Notes: generated by a model not told the origin, from the sequence alone. 58,859 bases of DNA from Clostridia bacterium (GCA_017434295.1 JAFRFO010000044.1:1-58859); one strand, 5' to 3'; numbered from the stretch's first letter, positions 20,568-30,457 are shown. Program-made: numbers and translations.

Positions 20568-20667
20568 TAGAAAAATTCCCCTTTCTATAAAATAGTATCT
20601 ACTAAAAATTGTTTGATATACATTATATTATGCTATTTATAGAAAAAAGCAACTTGTATAAGTTGCT

Positions 20668-22254
20668 TTAATAATATAACATATAATCAATATCTGGAAA
20701 GATACAATCTTTTTCAGAAATATCTTTTAAAAATTCTTCATCAATTTCATCTTTTTTAATTTGATTATACAATTTTGTAAATCTACCAATATGGTCTTTA
20801 ATACGTTTTTTAGCATAATCAACCATAGTTCCATTAGTAATAATAAATAACCAGTCACTACTTTGTGCTAAAAGCAATTCTCTAGCGCATTGATTTAATG
20901 CATCTTTCTTTAAACCTGTTTCATTAGGGAAAAGATATGCTAATTCACACATTCTATCACCAGCCACATGAAGATGGCGATGAACATAGTCGTTTGTTGG
21001 ATTTAGCCAAACTTCACTATAGCCATTTGCACCCCAACTTGATCTACAAGGAGAACAAACTTGCATTTCTGGATATTTATCTATATATTCAGATGGAGTA
21101 ATTAATTGGAAATTACAATCATCATAATAAACTTTTTTAAACAAAACATATAACCAATATGGTCCTTCGTACCACCAATGTCCATAAAGTTCTGCATCAT
21201 ATGGGCATAAAATAAAAGGTGGATTTTCCATTGCATCAGCTAAATGATTAATTTGTGCATTTCTAGAATCTAAAAAGTGACCAGCTTGCATTTCGGCAGA
21301 ATCTTTAGCCCATTGAATATTGTAGTAATCCTTTTGCTCAGTTTTTCCTGTAATTCTGTAATACTTAATTCCTGTATGAACTCTAACTCCATTGTGTGCT
21401 ATATATGGTTTAATATAATCATAATCTGCTTCGTAGCCAATATCACGGTAAAATTCTCTGTAATTAAAATCGCCTGGGTAACCATTAATTGAACTCCAAA
21501 CTTGTCTTGAAGATTCAATATCTCTACCAAATGCTATTACACCTTCTGGCGAAACAATAGGTGCAAAGGTACCGTAAATTGGGGTAGGGTCTGCATATAA
21601 AATTCCGTGAGATTCTGTAATAATATAATCTATACCGAATTCTTTTAAATATTTATCTGCTTCTGGAACATAACCACATTCTGGAAGCCAAATTCCACGA
21701 GGTTTTCTTCCAAAATATTTTTCATAAGTTTGTACACCAACTGCGATTTGTGCTTTTACAGTTTTTTCATTTACATATAAAATAGGGAAGTAGCCATGTG
21801 TTGCACCACATGTAATAATTTCAAGAACACCTATGTCTTGAAAATGTTTAAATCCCTGAATTATATTACATTTATAAACATCTTTAAAAACGTGTAAATC
21901 ATTTGAATATCTATCAAAATAATATTTAGAAAGTTCATTTAATCTAGCATCGCCAGCAGTTCTTTCAATTTCTTTTTTTGAAAGCTCAATAAGCTTATCT
22001 AAATAATTTATATATTTTTTTTGCAATAATTTATTATCCAACATATTAAGTAGAGGAGGAGTCATTGACATTGTAATTCTAAAGTCAACTTTTTCTTCTA
22101 CTAATTTTTGAAAGTTTAAAAGCAAGGGTATATATGTTTCTGAAATTGCTTCAAATAACCAAGATTCTTCTAAGTAATCATCACTTTCTGGATGATGAAT
22201 AAATGGAAGATGTGCATGTAATACGAAGCTTACATATCCTTTTTTTTGTTGCAT
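20668..22254 (-). CDS. GH57-family alpha-glucan branching enzyme (DUF1957 C-terminal)
   Basis: 'FVLHAHLPFIHH', 'ITCGATHGYFP', 'PYDAELYGHWWYEG'. Confidence 0.85.
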   Translation of the reverse strand: MQQKKGYVSFVLHAHLPFIHHPESDDYLEESWLFEAISETYIPLLLNFQKLVEEKVDFRITMSMTPPLLNMLDNKLLQKKYINYLDKLIELSKKEIERTAGDARLNELSKYYFDRYSNDLHVFKDVYKCNIIQGFKHFQDIGVLEIITCGATHGYFPILYVNEKTVKAQIAVGVQTYEKYFGRKPRGIWLPECGYVPEADKYLKEFGIDYIITESHGILYADPTPIYGTFAPIVSPEGVIAFGRDIESSRQVWSSINGYPGDFNYREFYRDIGYEADYDYIKPYIAHNGVRVHTGIKYYRITGKTEQKDYYNIQWAKDSAEMQAGHFLDSRNAQINHLADAMENPPFILCPYDAELYGHWWYEGPYWLYVLFKKVYYDDCNFQLITPSEYIDKYPEMQVCSPCRSSWGANGYSEVWLNPTNDYVHRHLHVAGDRMCELAYLFPNETGLKKDALNQCARELLLAQSSDWLFIITNGTMVDYAKKRIKDHIGRFTKLYNQIKKDEIDEEFLKDISEKDCIFPDIDYMLYY

Positions 22255-22313
22255 TTTTAATGTTCTCCTTTGTAATTTAAATTATGAAAGTAATATATAT
22301 TACTTTTTTCTAA

Positions 22314-23234
22314 CTAGAAAAATCTTGAAGAAGGATTATAAATATCATCTAAATCTCCATCATTATAAATCTTTTTATATAAATCATAAATGTTATATAT
22401 TTTGCCCATATTTCTAATAAATGAAAGATTTGCAAATGACTTTGTAAAGGTTTTATTTGTTTTTACATTTCTAAAATAAACCATTTTTTCATCTACATTA
22501 AATAAAATTCTATCATTTGGAGATTCAATTTCATTTGAAGATGAAATATAAATATAGTCTTGAGAAATATTAGAATTGTTATAAATTGGACGTCTTGCAA
22601 GTTCGACTCTATAATCACATTTGCTATCATTTACTTGTAAATACCAACTATTTGCAAAATCGTTTATTTCAACTTCAAAATCATAGTGCATAGTATCATT
22701 ATAGATTTTTAAAATAGGTCTTGTTGTTTCGAAAAAGTTATCTCCAAATTGTTTTTTAAAGTTTTCTCTATCAGCATCAGAAATATCCCAATAAATAAAT
22801 AGATTTGTTGGGGTTTGAGCTAATACTTTTACAATTGTTTGATTATATCTATATGGTAAATCGTAGTATTCTAAATTATTTGTTACAACAGTGCTTGAAA
22901 CAGTATTTTCAACTTTTTCTTCAACTACTTTTTTTGGTTTTGATGTTGTTATTTTTTTGGTTGTTGATTTTTTAGTAGCAGTAGTTTTTTTAGCAACAGC
23001 TTTTTTAGTAGCAGTAGTCTTTTTGGTAGCTGTTTTAGTTACCTTTTTTGCTGTTGTTTTCTTTGCAACTGAAGCTTTTTTTTCTGCTTTAGAATCTGCT
23101 TTTTTCTTTACAGTAGCTTTTTTAGCAATAGTAGTTTTCTTTTTTGTATCTACTTTTTTAGTAGTTGCTTTTTTTGCAACCGTTTTTTTCTTAGAAACAT
23201 CTACGATTTCACTATCTTTAGTTTTTCTAGGCAT
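22314..23234 (-). CDS. DUF4912 protein with Lys/Thr/Ala-rich repetitive N-terminal region
   Basis: 'LPYRYNQTIVKVLAQTPTNLFIYWDIS'. N-terminal 'KKTTATKKAVAKKTTATKKSTTKK' repeats. Confidence 0.7.
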   Translation of the reverse strand: MPRKTKDSEIVDVSKKKTVAKKATTKKVDTKKKTTIAKKATVKKKADSKAEKKASVAKKTTAKKVTKTATKKTTATKKAVAKKTTATKKSTTKKITTSKPKKVVEEKVENTVSSTVVTNNLEYYDLPYRYNQTIVKVLAQTPTNLFIYWDISDADRENFKKQFGDNFFETTRPILKIYNDTMHYDFEVEINDFANSWYLQVNDSKCDYRVELARRPIYNNSNISQDYIYISSSNEIESPNDRILFNVDEKMVYFRNVKTNKTFTKSFANLSFIRNMGKIYNIYDLYKKIYNDGDLDDIYNPSSRFF

Positions 23235-23433
23235 GGATTTTTCCTCCTAAGTATTTTACTTCTATTATATACTACAACAAAAATAAAATAAATTCAATAA
23301 AAAAAATAAAAATTTTTGTCAAAAATATTTACTTTTTGTAAAAAGTTTTATAAAATGTAAAAAAATGAGCAAAAATTTAAAAAAATATAAAAAACAAAAG
23401 ATAATTTGTCTATAAAAGGAGGCAATTAAACTA

Positions 23434-24726
23434 ATGAAAATATTAATGTTAACATGGGAATATCCACCAAGAATAGTAGGCGGAATCTCTAGAGTAGTAT
23501 ATGATTTATCACACACTTTAATTAAAGATGGACATGATGTTACGGTTGTAACATATAAAGACGGAGATGTTCCATATTTTGAAGATGATAAAGGTGTAAA
23601 AGTTTATAGAGTTGATAACTTTATGATAAATCCAAATAATTTTATAGACTGGGTAATGCAATTAAACTTTAATATGATTGCAAAAGCAAATGAAATAATT
23701 GCAGAAGAAGGAAAGTTTGATGTAATCCATGCACATGATTGGTTAGTTGCTTATGCAGCAAAAACATTAAAAAGTTCATACAATATGCCAATTGTAGCAA
23801 CAATACATGCAACTGAAAGTGGAAGAAATAGTGGAATACATGATGAACAACAAAGATATATAAATGATACAGAATGGATGTTAACTTATGAGGCAGCAGA
23901 AGTAATTGTAAATAGCAATTACATGAAAGGAGAAATACAAAGATTATTTGGTCTTCCATTTGATAAAATAAATGTAGTACCGAACGGAGTAAACTTAACA
24001 TCATTTAACGGAGTAGAAAGAGATTACTTATTTAGAAGAAGATATGCAATGGATAATGAAAAAATTATTTTATTCATGGGAAGATTAGTTTACGAAAAAG
24101 GTGTTCAACATTTAATTGCTGCAATGCCAAAAATACTAGAAGGATACCACGATGCCAAACTTGTAATAGCTGGTAGAGGTGGAATGATAGATGAATTAAA
24201 AGCAGAAGTAAATGCTTTAGGACTAGGAAATAAAGTATATTTTGCAGGATACTTAAATGGAAAAGATGTACAAAAAATGTATAAAGCAGCAGATATATCT
24301 GTATTTCCAAGTACATACGAACCATTTGGAATAGTAGCATTAGAGGCAATGCTTTCTGAAAATCCAGTAGTAGTTTCAGATATTGGTGGTTTAAACGAAA
24401 TAGTACAACATAGAGAAAATGGAATGAAAACTTATGCAGGAAATCCAAACTCAATTGCAGATTCAATATTAGAATTATTATATGACCATAAATTATGTGC
24501 AGAAATAACTAAAAAAGCAAAAAATAAAGTTAGAAATGAATATAACTGGAGCAAGATTGCACAAGATACACACTTTACATATCAAAAAGCAATTTGTCAA
24601 TCTATGGCAGAAAAACAAAAACGTGAAATTGAACAAGAAAGAGCAAGAAAAACTAAAAAATCTAAAGGAACAGAATCAGAAATTACAAATTTACTTAGCT
24701 TTAAAAAACGCCAAGCATATGCATAA
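23434..24726 (+). CDS. GT4/GT5 glycosyltransferase (glycogen-synthase-like) of the GH57 cluster
   Basis: 'MKILMLTWEYPPRIVGGISRVVYDLS', 'EPFGIVALEAM'. Confidence 0.85.
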   Translation: MKILMLTWEYPPRIVGGISRVVYDLSHTLIKDGHDVTVVTYKDGDVPYFEDDKGVKVYRVDNFMINPNNFIDWVMQLNFNMIAKANEIIAEEGKFDVIHAHDWLVAYAAKTLKSSYNMPIVATIHATESGRNSGIHDEQQRYINDTEWMLTYEAAEVIVNSNYMKGEIQRLFGLPFDKINVVPNGVNLTSFNGVERDYLFRRRYAMDNEKIILFMGRLVYEKGVQHLIAAMPKILEGYHDAKLVIAGRGGMIDELKAEVNALGLGNKVYFAGYLNGKDVQKMYKAADISVFPSTYEPFGIVALEAMLSENPVVVSDIGGLNEIVQHRENGMKTYAGNPNSIADSILELLYDHKLCAEITKKAKNKVRNEYNWSKIAQDTHFTYQKAICQSMAEKQKREIEQERARKTKKSKGTESEITNLLSFKKRQAYA

Positions 24727-24762
24727 AAAAAGCCAACGGAACAATCAACCGTTGGCTTTTTT
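24727..24762 (+). terminator. Rho-independent terminator
   Basis: AAAAAAGCCAACGG-AACAATCAA-CCGTTGGCTTTTTT. Confidence 0.8.
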
Positions 24763-24915
24763 GTATATGGTTGTTTTTTAAAACAAAATATAATAGTTGT
24801 TAATTCCAATTTACTTTTTTTTATAGAAACTTGAAATTTACATAAAATTATGCTATAATATATGGCAGAATATGGTTAAAAAATTATAATAATTAAAGAT
24901 AGGAAGGGGATTATT

Positions 24916-25920
24916 TTGGAAGGAAAAAAACGTGGAAAACCTAAAAAAATAAGAAATGATGAAATAGATAATAAAATATTGGAACTATTAGAAAATGGAT
25001 TAAATCAAACACAGATTTCTGATAGAATTGGTTTATCGAATGCGACTATTTCAAATAGAATCAAGAGAATGAAAGAACGAGGGATGGTAATACCAAAAAA
25101 AGAAGAAAACGATATTTATAATCAAATATTAACATTATTAAAAAGTGGATTAAATCAAACGCAAATAGCAAATGAAATAGGAATCTCTATATGTAGTATT
25201 TCATATAGAATAAAGAAAATGAAAGAGAAAGGAATAATATCAAAAAAGAAAAGAGTAGAAAATGATGAAATAGATAATAAAATATTAGAGTTGTTAGAAA
25301 ATGGATTAAAGAAAAAAGAAATAGAGGCTATATTAAATATTTCACATTTTACTATTTCAAAAAGAATAAAAATAATGAAAGAACAAGGTAAAGTAATACC
25401 GAAAAAGAGTAGAAAGATAGACAAAATAGATAAAAAAATATTGGAATTACTAGAACAAGGATTGAGTCAAATACAAATAGCAGAGAAAATAGGTAGATCA
25501 AATGGAAATATTTCATATAGAATAAAGAAAATGAAAGAACTTGGAATAGTAATACCAAAAAAAGAAGAAAACGATATTGATAATCAAATATTAACATTAT
25601 TAAAAAGTGGATTAAATCAAACGCAAGTAGCAAAAGTATTAGGCGTATCACATGTGACGATTTGTGTTAGAATAAAGAAAATGAAAGAGAAAGAAAAAGT
25701 AATTAAAACAAAAGAGAATTACAACAATAATGATGTTCAAAAAGAAATAAAAGAAGAAACAGATAAAGATATTGCTCAAAAGATAGTAAATTTAATGATA
25801 ACAAAAAAAGCAAGTATAGAACAAGTAATATCAATAGCTAAAATATATCAAGTAGAAGCTGAAGTGAAAGGATTATTAAGAGCTTTTAAAATGAAAGATT
25901 TAAAAGACCAAGAAAGATAA
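24916..25920 (+). CDS. Protein made of five tandem Lrp/AsnC-type winged-HTH modules plus a C-terminal tail
   Basis: TTG start after AGGAAGGGGA. Five copies of 'D.ID..IL.LL..GL.Q.QIA..IG.S...IS.RIKKMKE.G.VIPKK'. Confidence 0.65.
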   Translation: MEGKKRGKPKKIRNDEIDNKILELLENGLNQTQISDRIGLSNATISNRIKRMKERGMVIPKKEENDIYNQILTLLKSGLNQTQIANEIGISICSISYRIKKMKEKGIISKKKRVENDEIDNKILELLENGLKKKEIEAILNISHFTISKRIKIMKEQGKVIPKKSRKIDKIDKKILELLEQGLSQIQIAEKIGRSNGNISYRIKKMKELGIVIPKKEENDIDNQILTLLKSGLNQTQVAKVLGVSHVTICVRIKKMKEKEKVIKTKENYNNNDVQKEIKEETDKDIAQKIVNLMITKKASIEQVISIAKIYQVEAEVKGLLRAFKMKDLKDQER

Positions 25921-25972
25921 TAATTTATTATTTAATTATAAAAAAGTTATTACTATAAAGTAATAACTTTTT

Positions 25973-26047
25973 TTATGGTGCCAACGACGTAGACATTTAC
26001 AACTCGCTGGCTCTCTTGACGATTGATATAAAATCAATCAAGCTACT
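25973..26047. repeat. Repeat A copy 1 (61-bp identical core)
   Basis: TTATGGTGCCAACGACGTAGACATTTACAACTCGCTGGCTCTCTTGACGATTGATATAAA is identical at 28285-28345. Confidence 0.9.
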
Positions 26048-26178
26048 ATTACTTTAGCATATATTTTTGTAATTTGAAATAAATTTAATAAAAATTTTTA
26101 AATATTATTGAAAAAAAATATTATAAATGGTAGAATTTATATATATTACATATTTACAAAAGAAAGCGAGGTGAGAAC

Positions 26179-27117
26179 ATGGAAGAAAAGAAGATAACCA
26201 AAATAAGCTTATCAACCTTTTTATTATTAATAGCTATACTTGTTATTGTCGTAATGGGTGTATTTATTTACAAATTAAACAGTGACAAGGCAATAGAAAT
26301 AAAAAAATCCACTGAACTTCAAGCACAAGTAGATATTTTGAATGGAACTGTAAATGATTTGCAAGGAGAAATGAATAAAATATCCGAAACAATAGATACA
26401 TCAAACTCTAGTAGTAATGATTTAGTTTCTAAAATAGATACTACAAAAGATTGGGTATATGATGCTAAATATACAAAAAATGTGATTGCTGATTCTTATA
26501 CAACTCAATATAATGAAACCTATTATGCTAAAGACATTATTGTACCATATATAAATATTAATTCATCTTATGCAAATAATTCAAATAATAAAATTAAAGA
26601 AGTTTTTAATAATGCTATTGAAACTTACAATAATGGGGTAAATAATAAAATAGCTTACATAGATGAATGCAATTATAAAAAATATATTAGTGATAATAGT
26701 CTATCTATTGTTTTAACATATGGTGTTGGTGGTACTGATGTTGCTTATCCTCAATATTATACTTATAATTTCGATTTAAAGACAGGAAATCAACTTTCAT
26801 ATGAAGAAGTTTATAAAATTGCTGGTTTTAACTCTACCACTATTAATTCTAAAGTTGAAAAAGCAATTACAGAAATTATGAAGGAAAAATTAAAAGGTTT
26901 AAAAGACCATGAAAAAGATATTGGCGAGGGTGCATACTATCCTCAAGGTACTAATTTTGATACATATAATAATGAAAGCATAAATAATTATAAAAATTCT
27001 ATTAATAATAATACATTAGAGTATTTTCTATCCGATAATGGTAAGTTAAATATTGTTGTAAAACTAAGTATTCCTTCTGGAAAAGGATATTTTGATACCA
27101 TTATTACTATAGATTAA
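26179..27117 (+). CDS. Membrane-anchored hypothetical protein (paralog of 7910-8755)
   Basis: RBS GAGGTGAG. One TM segment, a coiled-coil stretch, and 'IIVPYININSSYANNSNNKIKEVFNN'. Confidence 0.6.
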   Translation: MEEKKITKISLSTFLLLIAILVIVVMGVFIYKLNSDKAIEIKKSTELQAQVDILNGTVNDLQGEMNKISETIDTSNSSSNDLVSKIDTTKDWVYDAKYTKNVIADSYTTQYNETYYAKDIIVPYININSSYANNSNNKIKEVFNNAIETYNNGVNNKIAYIDECNYKKYISDNSLSIVLTYGVGGTDVAYPQYYTYNFDLKTGNQLSYEEVYKIAGFNSTTINSKVEKAITEIMKEKLKGLKDHEKDIGEGAYYPQGTNFDTYNNESINNYKNSINNNTLEYFLSDNGKLNIVVKLSIPSGKGYFDTIITID

Positions 27118-27134
27118 ATACAAACAAAACGACT

Positions 27135-27166
27135 GATGACCAGTAGTAAACTACTGGTCATCTTTC
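27135..27166 (+). terminator. Rho-independent terminator
   Basis: GATGACCAGTAGT-AAA-ACTACTGGTCATC followed by TTT. Confidence 0.7.
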
Positions 27167-27285
27167 ATAGCAATTTAACTGGGATTTTCATCCCTTTCAT
27201 AGCAATCTTTATTGATTACTTTCTAATACTTTGATACTATATTTTATTCCAAAAGTCAATAATTTATGCATTAAATTTTTGTAAA

Positions 27286-27696
27286 TTAAGTTTGAGAGTT
27301 GCCTAATTCTATTGATATTTTTTCTGCAATTTTATCCATATCTTTACCCTCTAACGTACCTATTGTTCCGGAATAATTAATTCTTAACATACTAATTTTT
27401 TTCATTCTAGTAATTCGCGCCCATCTTAACATATTTCTGAAGCCATTTATCTTTGATAGTTCAATAATTTCAGTAATTGTATCTTTTCTATCATTATATT
27501 CTTCTTCAGATATTGTTTGATTCTCCAAATCTTGATCCAATTTAATATATTCTGGAGGCTTTTTAGATGAAATAGGAATTACAAAAAGATCGTATTCAAA
27601 ATTTTTAAGGATAACAGCAGGATGCATACCTCCAAATTCATTTCCAATATTAAATCCAAAATCTATCCAAATAACATTTCCTCTTTTAAATAGAAT
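27286..27696 (-). CDS. MazF/PemK-like toxin lacking a canonical start codon
   Basis: Family N-terminus 'RGNVIWIDFGFNIGNEFGGMHPAVIL' lies upstream of the first ATG (27627). C-terminus 'ISMLRINYSGTIGTLEGKDMDKIAEKISIELG'. Only ATT (27696-27694) follows the preceding TAA. Confidence 0.55.
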   Translation of the reverse strand: MLFKRGNVIWIDFGFNIGNEFGGMHPAVILKNFEYDLFVIPISSKKPPEYIKLDQDLENQTISEEEYNDRKDTITEIIELSKINGFRNMLRWARITRMKKISMLRINYSGTIGTLEGKDMDKIAEKISIELGNSQT

Positions 27697-28026
27697 TTAT
27701 TTCATTAAAAGTTTAACATCATGGCTTGATATATCCGAATTACTGAAAGTATATTTATTATCGTTAAAACTATAATTCTTCTTTATAATGCTTTTTATAG
27801 CTTTATTTGATTTATTATATATATATTGAGTAATAACGTATTGTGGCAATGTAAAACTTATAACATTTTTGTAAATAAAATCAACATCTTTCTCATTCAT
27901 CACTTTTTCAGTTTTATCTTTAAGCCAAGTAAAATACATTTTACCACGTTTTATATCAATACCTTCTAATAATGATTTTCTAAAAAATCTTAGTCCTTTC
28001 AAACATTCTAGATATGCTTTTTTCAC
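27697..28026 (-). CDS. Hypothetical protein (positional antitoxin candidate)
   Basis: GTG start after TAGGAGGA. Lies directly upstream of, and in the same frame as, the MazF-like ORF. Confidence 0.4.
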   Translation of the reverse strand: MKKAYLECLKGLRFFRKSLLEGIDIKRGKMYFTWLKDKTEKVMNEKDVDFIYKNVISFTLPQYVITQYIYNKSNKAIKSIIKKNYSFNDNKYTFSNSDISSHDVKLLMK

Positions 28027-28284
28027 TATAATTTAAATCCTCCTAACAAAATTTAATTTATTATATCATGTTTTTACAATATTTTCCATTCTTTTTTTAA
28101 AATTAAAAAAATTTATTTGTCCTAAAAAACTCGTAGTTTTGTGAAATTTTCTTTTATTTTTTATCACCCCAATAATAAAAAAATAAGCCGACTAAATCGA
28201 CTTATATAAGTGATATGATATTCACTTTTAATTTTTCTCAAACTCGCTTGTATGAATAATTACAAGTGGTTCGACGAAAACGCA

Positions 28285-28360
28285 TTATGGTGCCAACGAC
28301 GTAGACATTTACAACTCGCTGGCTCTCTTGACGATTGATATAAATATCAATCAAATTACT
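28285..28360. repeat. Repeat A copy 2
   Basis: See 25973-26047. Same orientation. Confidence 0.9.
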
Positions 28361-28446
28361 TATAAATTAACATATTACTCCTTAAAATTCAAGTGTTTTT
28401 CAAAAATAAAACAGCAGATTATTTTAAATCTACTGTCTTCCTTTTA

Positions 28447-28671
28447 CTAACGTTCTTCATCATAAAATTTATCAGCATGAGTTAATGGTTTTCTTTTTTT
28501 TTCGGCTGGAGTTAATGGTTTTCTGTTTTTTTCGGCTGGAGTTAATGGTTTTCTGTTTTTTTCGGCTGGAGTTAATACCGTTCTTCCTTGATTAACTGGA
28601 GTTAATACCGTTCTTCCTTGATTAACTGGTGCCTTTTTTATTTCAATTCTTCTTAAAAATTCAGATTTCAT
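28447..28671 (-). CDS. Small basic protein built from 10-aa tandem repeats
   Basis: RBS AAAGGTGG before ATG 28671. 'PVNQGRTVLT' x2 and 'PAEK(N/K)RKPLT' x3, encoded by 30-nt DNA repeats. Confidence 0.45.
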   Translation of the reverse strand: MKSEFLRRIEIKKAPVNQGRTVLTPVNQGRTVLTPAEKNRKPLTPAEKNRKPLTPAEKKRKPLTHADKFYDEER

Positions 28672-28754
28672 ATGATTTACCACCTTTCTTTTTTCTTAAA
28701 CTATATAAATTATACCATATTTCTAGTATTTTAGCAACTTTTTTCATATTTTTG

Positions 28755-29060
28755 CTATTTTGCTATAATGTTAATTAAATACATAGCCACCTTATTTTGT
28801 TCTGTTGTTTCCATTTCCATAAGTTTAGCCATTGCAAACATTACAGTTTTATATTTTCCAAAACTTATAAGAGTAGTTCTATATTCTTCATCTATATCTT
28901 TTAACATACTATCAAATTTTTCATAATATTCTTTGGTATTATATATAAGTCCAGACCATTTGCTTTGGCTCATACATATTACTAATCTTAATTTATCTTT
29001 GATATCCATATCATTTATCATATCTATTAGAAATTTTACTTTTTCACTTTCCATATTCAA
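28755..29060 (-). CDS. Hypothetical protein (part of the mobilisable-element remnant)
   Basis: 101-aa ORF with RBS GGAGGAAAA, directly downstream of the relaxase remnant. Confidence 0.45.
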   Translation of the reverse strand: MNMESEKVKFLIDMINDMDIKDKLRLVICMSQSKWSGLIYNTKEYYEKFDSMLKDIDEEYRTTLISFGKYKTVMFAMAKLMEMETTEQNKVAMYLINIIAK

Positions 29061-29072
29061 TTTTCCTCCATT

Positions 29073-30457
29073 TTAAAATCTTCTATCATTATTTTTCTTT
29101 CTGTTCTTTTCAGTTTTATTTTCATTTGGTATAGTTACTTTTATAAAAATGTTATTTGCTATTTCATTATCATTGTCATCAAATATGCCATTTCTATATA
29201 AGTCATCACTAACAATTTTATAATTTTGGTCATTATCATAAGTTATTCTCTTATGAAAGTGGCTCATTAAATTATGCCAAAATCCTTTGAACTTTTCTAA
29301 TTGAGCTTTTAGACTTTCTTTCTCTTCTTGTAATTTAATAACAATTTTTTCCTTAGCTGATAATTTATCATTTAATTTTTCAATAACTTCATCTTTTTGT
29401 TCTATTTGATATTGAAGTGAACGATTTTCTTGACCTACTTCAAGTGTATAAAATTCAAAATCTTCAATAGCTATATTTAAGTCATTTACACTTCTTACAG
29501 TCTGAGTAACATTAGTTACGTTTTTAATATAATTTTTGATATTATCTATATTCTCGTTGAAAATAAGCTTATTATTTTTATCTAGCAAAGGCGATTTTAA
29601 ATTATCTAATATTTGAGAAATATCTTTACTTGTACTATCAAGCTTTTTAGTCTGTTTATTAGCATTTTCTAACTTTTGTTTCTGTTTCTCTATTTTTTTC
29701 TTCATCTGTCTATAATTATCCATTTCTTTAACATTAATATCTTGATTTCTGCCTTTTGCTTTGTTTTAAGCCTACTATCAACATCATAGAACTTATTATA
29801 TGATTTAATACAAGCATTTCTCATTTTGTCTTGTATTTCAGAAAGTAAGGTTTTAGTAAATAGTTGTGATTTTCCAACTTGTTTTTTCATACCTCTTTTA
29901 CAATTATCTATTGCAGGAACACCAATAACGTGCATATGTGGAGATGTTTCATCATAATGAATTGTAGCATTTGCTATTTTGAAGTCAGGAAGTAGTTTAG
30001 ATAATTCCTGTACTTGTTCATTATAAACATCGGTCATCTTATATCTATATTCGTTGTCTTTATCTTGCCAAAAATCCATATCTCCAAGTTCTATTATAAT
30101 TTCACAAGCAATATCATTTTGAGAATCACACACCTTTTGAAAGTAATCTTTTATTTGTCTATCAGCTCTTGTTTTAGCATTATATTCAATTCTAGCTGGT
30201 TCAAATTCATCTAAATATACTTGTTTAACATCTTCAACAATATCATTTGTTCCATATATGGTTGTAATAAGTTCTCTTTGATTATCATAATCTCGTAAAT
30301 TGTGCTTATTTACTTTTGATAATCCTTTTGCATTTTATATAGCATTATTTGAAAAAGAGGTAGTACCAGATACATTTCCTTTTGATACTTTCCTTGCTAA
30401 TTTACTTTTATTCTTATCACTACCTAAGTGAAAAGAATAGGCTAATTCTTGTTCCAT
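29073..30457 (-). pseudogene. MobV (Mob/Pre) relaxase disrupted by an in-frame TAA and a frameshift
   Basis: 'KVNKHNLR' and 'ATIHYDETSPHMHVIGVPA' (HxDE..PHxH) are MobV motifs. TAA at 30337-30335. Frame break near 29740-29770, before the coiled-coil C-terminal ORF. Confidence 0.75.

Noticed and set aside
22891-23250. 119-aa plus-strand ORF opposite the DUF4912 N-terminal repeats
   Set aside because: It is a mirror image of the Lys/Thr/Ala repeat region (it reads as Phe/Val/Ala repeats), with no translation signals.
25973-26047. Repeat A as a tRNA gene or as a small peptide gene
   Set aside because: There is only a 7-8-bp stem plus ACCA, with no D, anticodon or T arms. A 1-nt indel between the copies shifts every candidate reading frame while preserving the hairpin.
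28490-28625. Possible CRISPR array (regular 30-nt repeats)
   Set aside because: The repeats are directly tandem with no spacers. They lie in frame inside an ORF that has an RBS, and no cas genes are nearby.
4868-30337. TAA reassigned as a sense codon (three in-frame TAAs: pgsA, mob, and the MazF-like junction)
   Set aside because: TAA is the terminator of most well-defined genes in the window, and protein ends match family lengths. The three cases have no shared context. The mob gene also carries a frameshift, so it is genuinely decayed.
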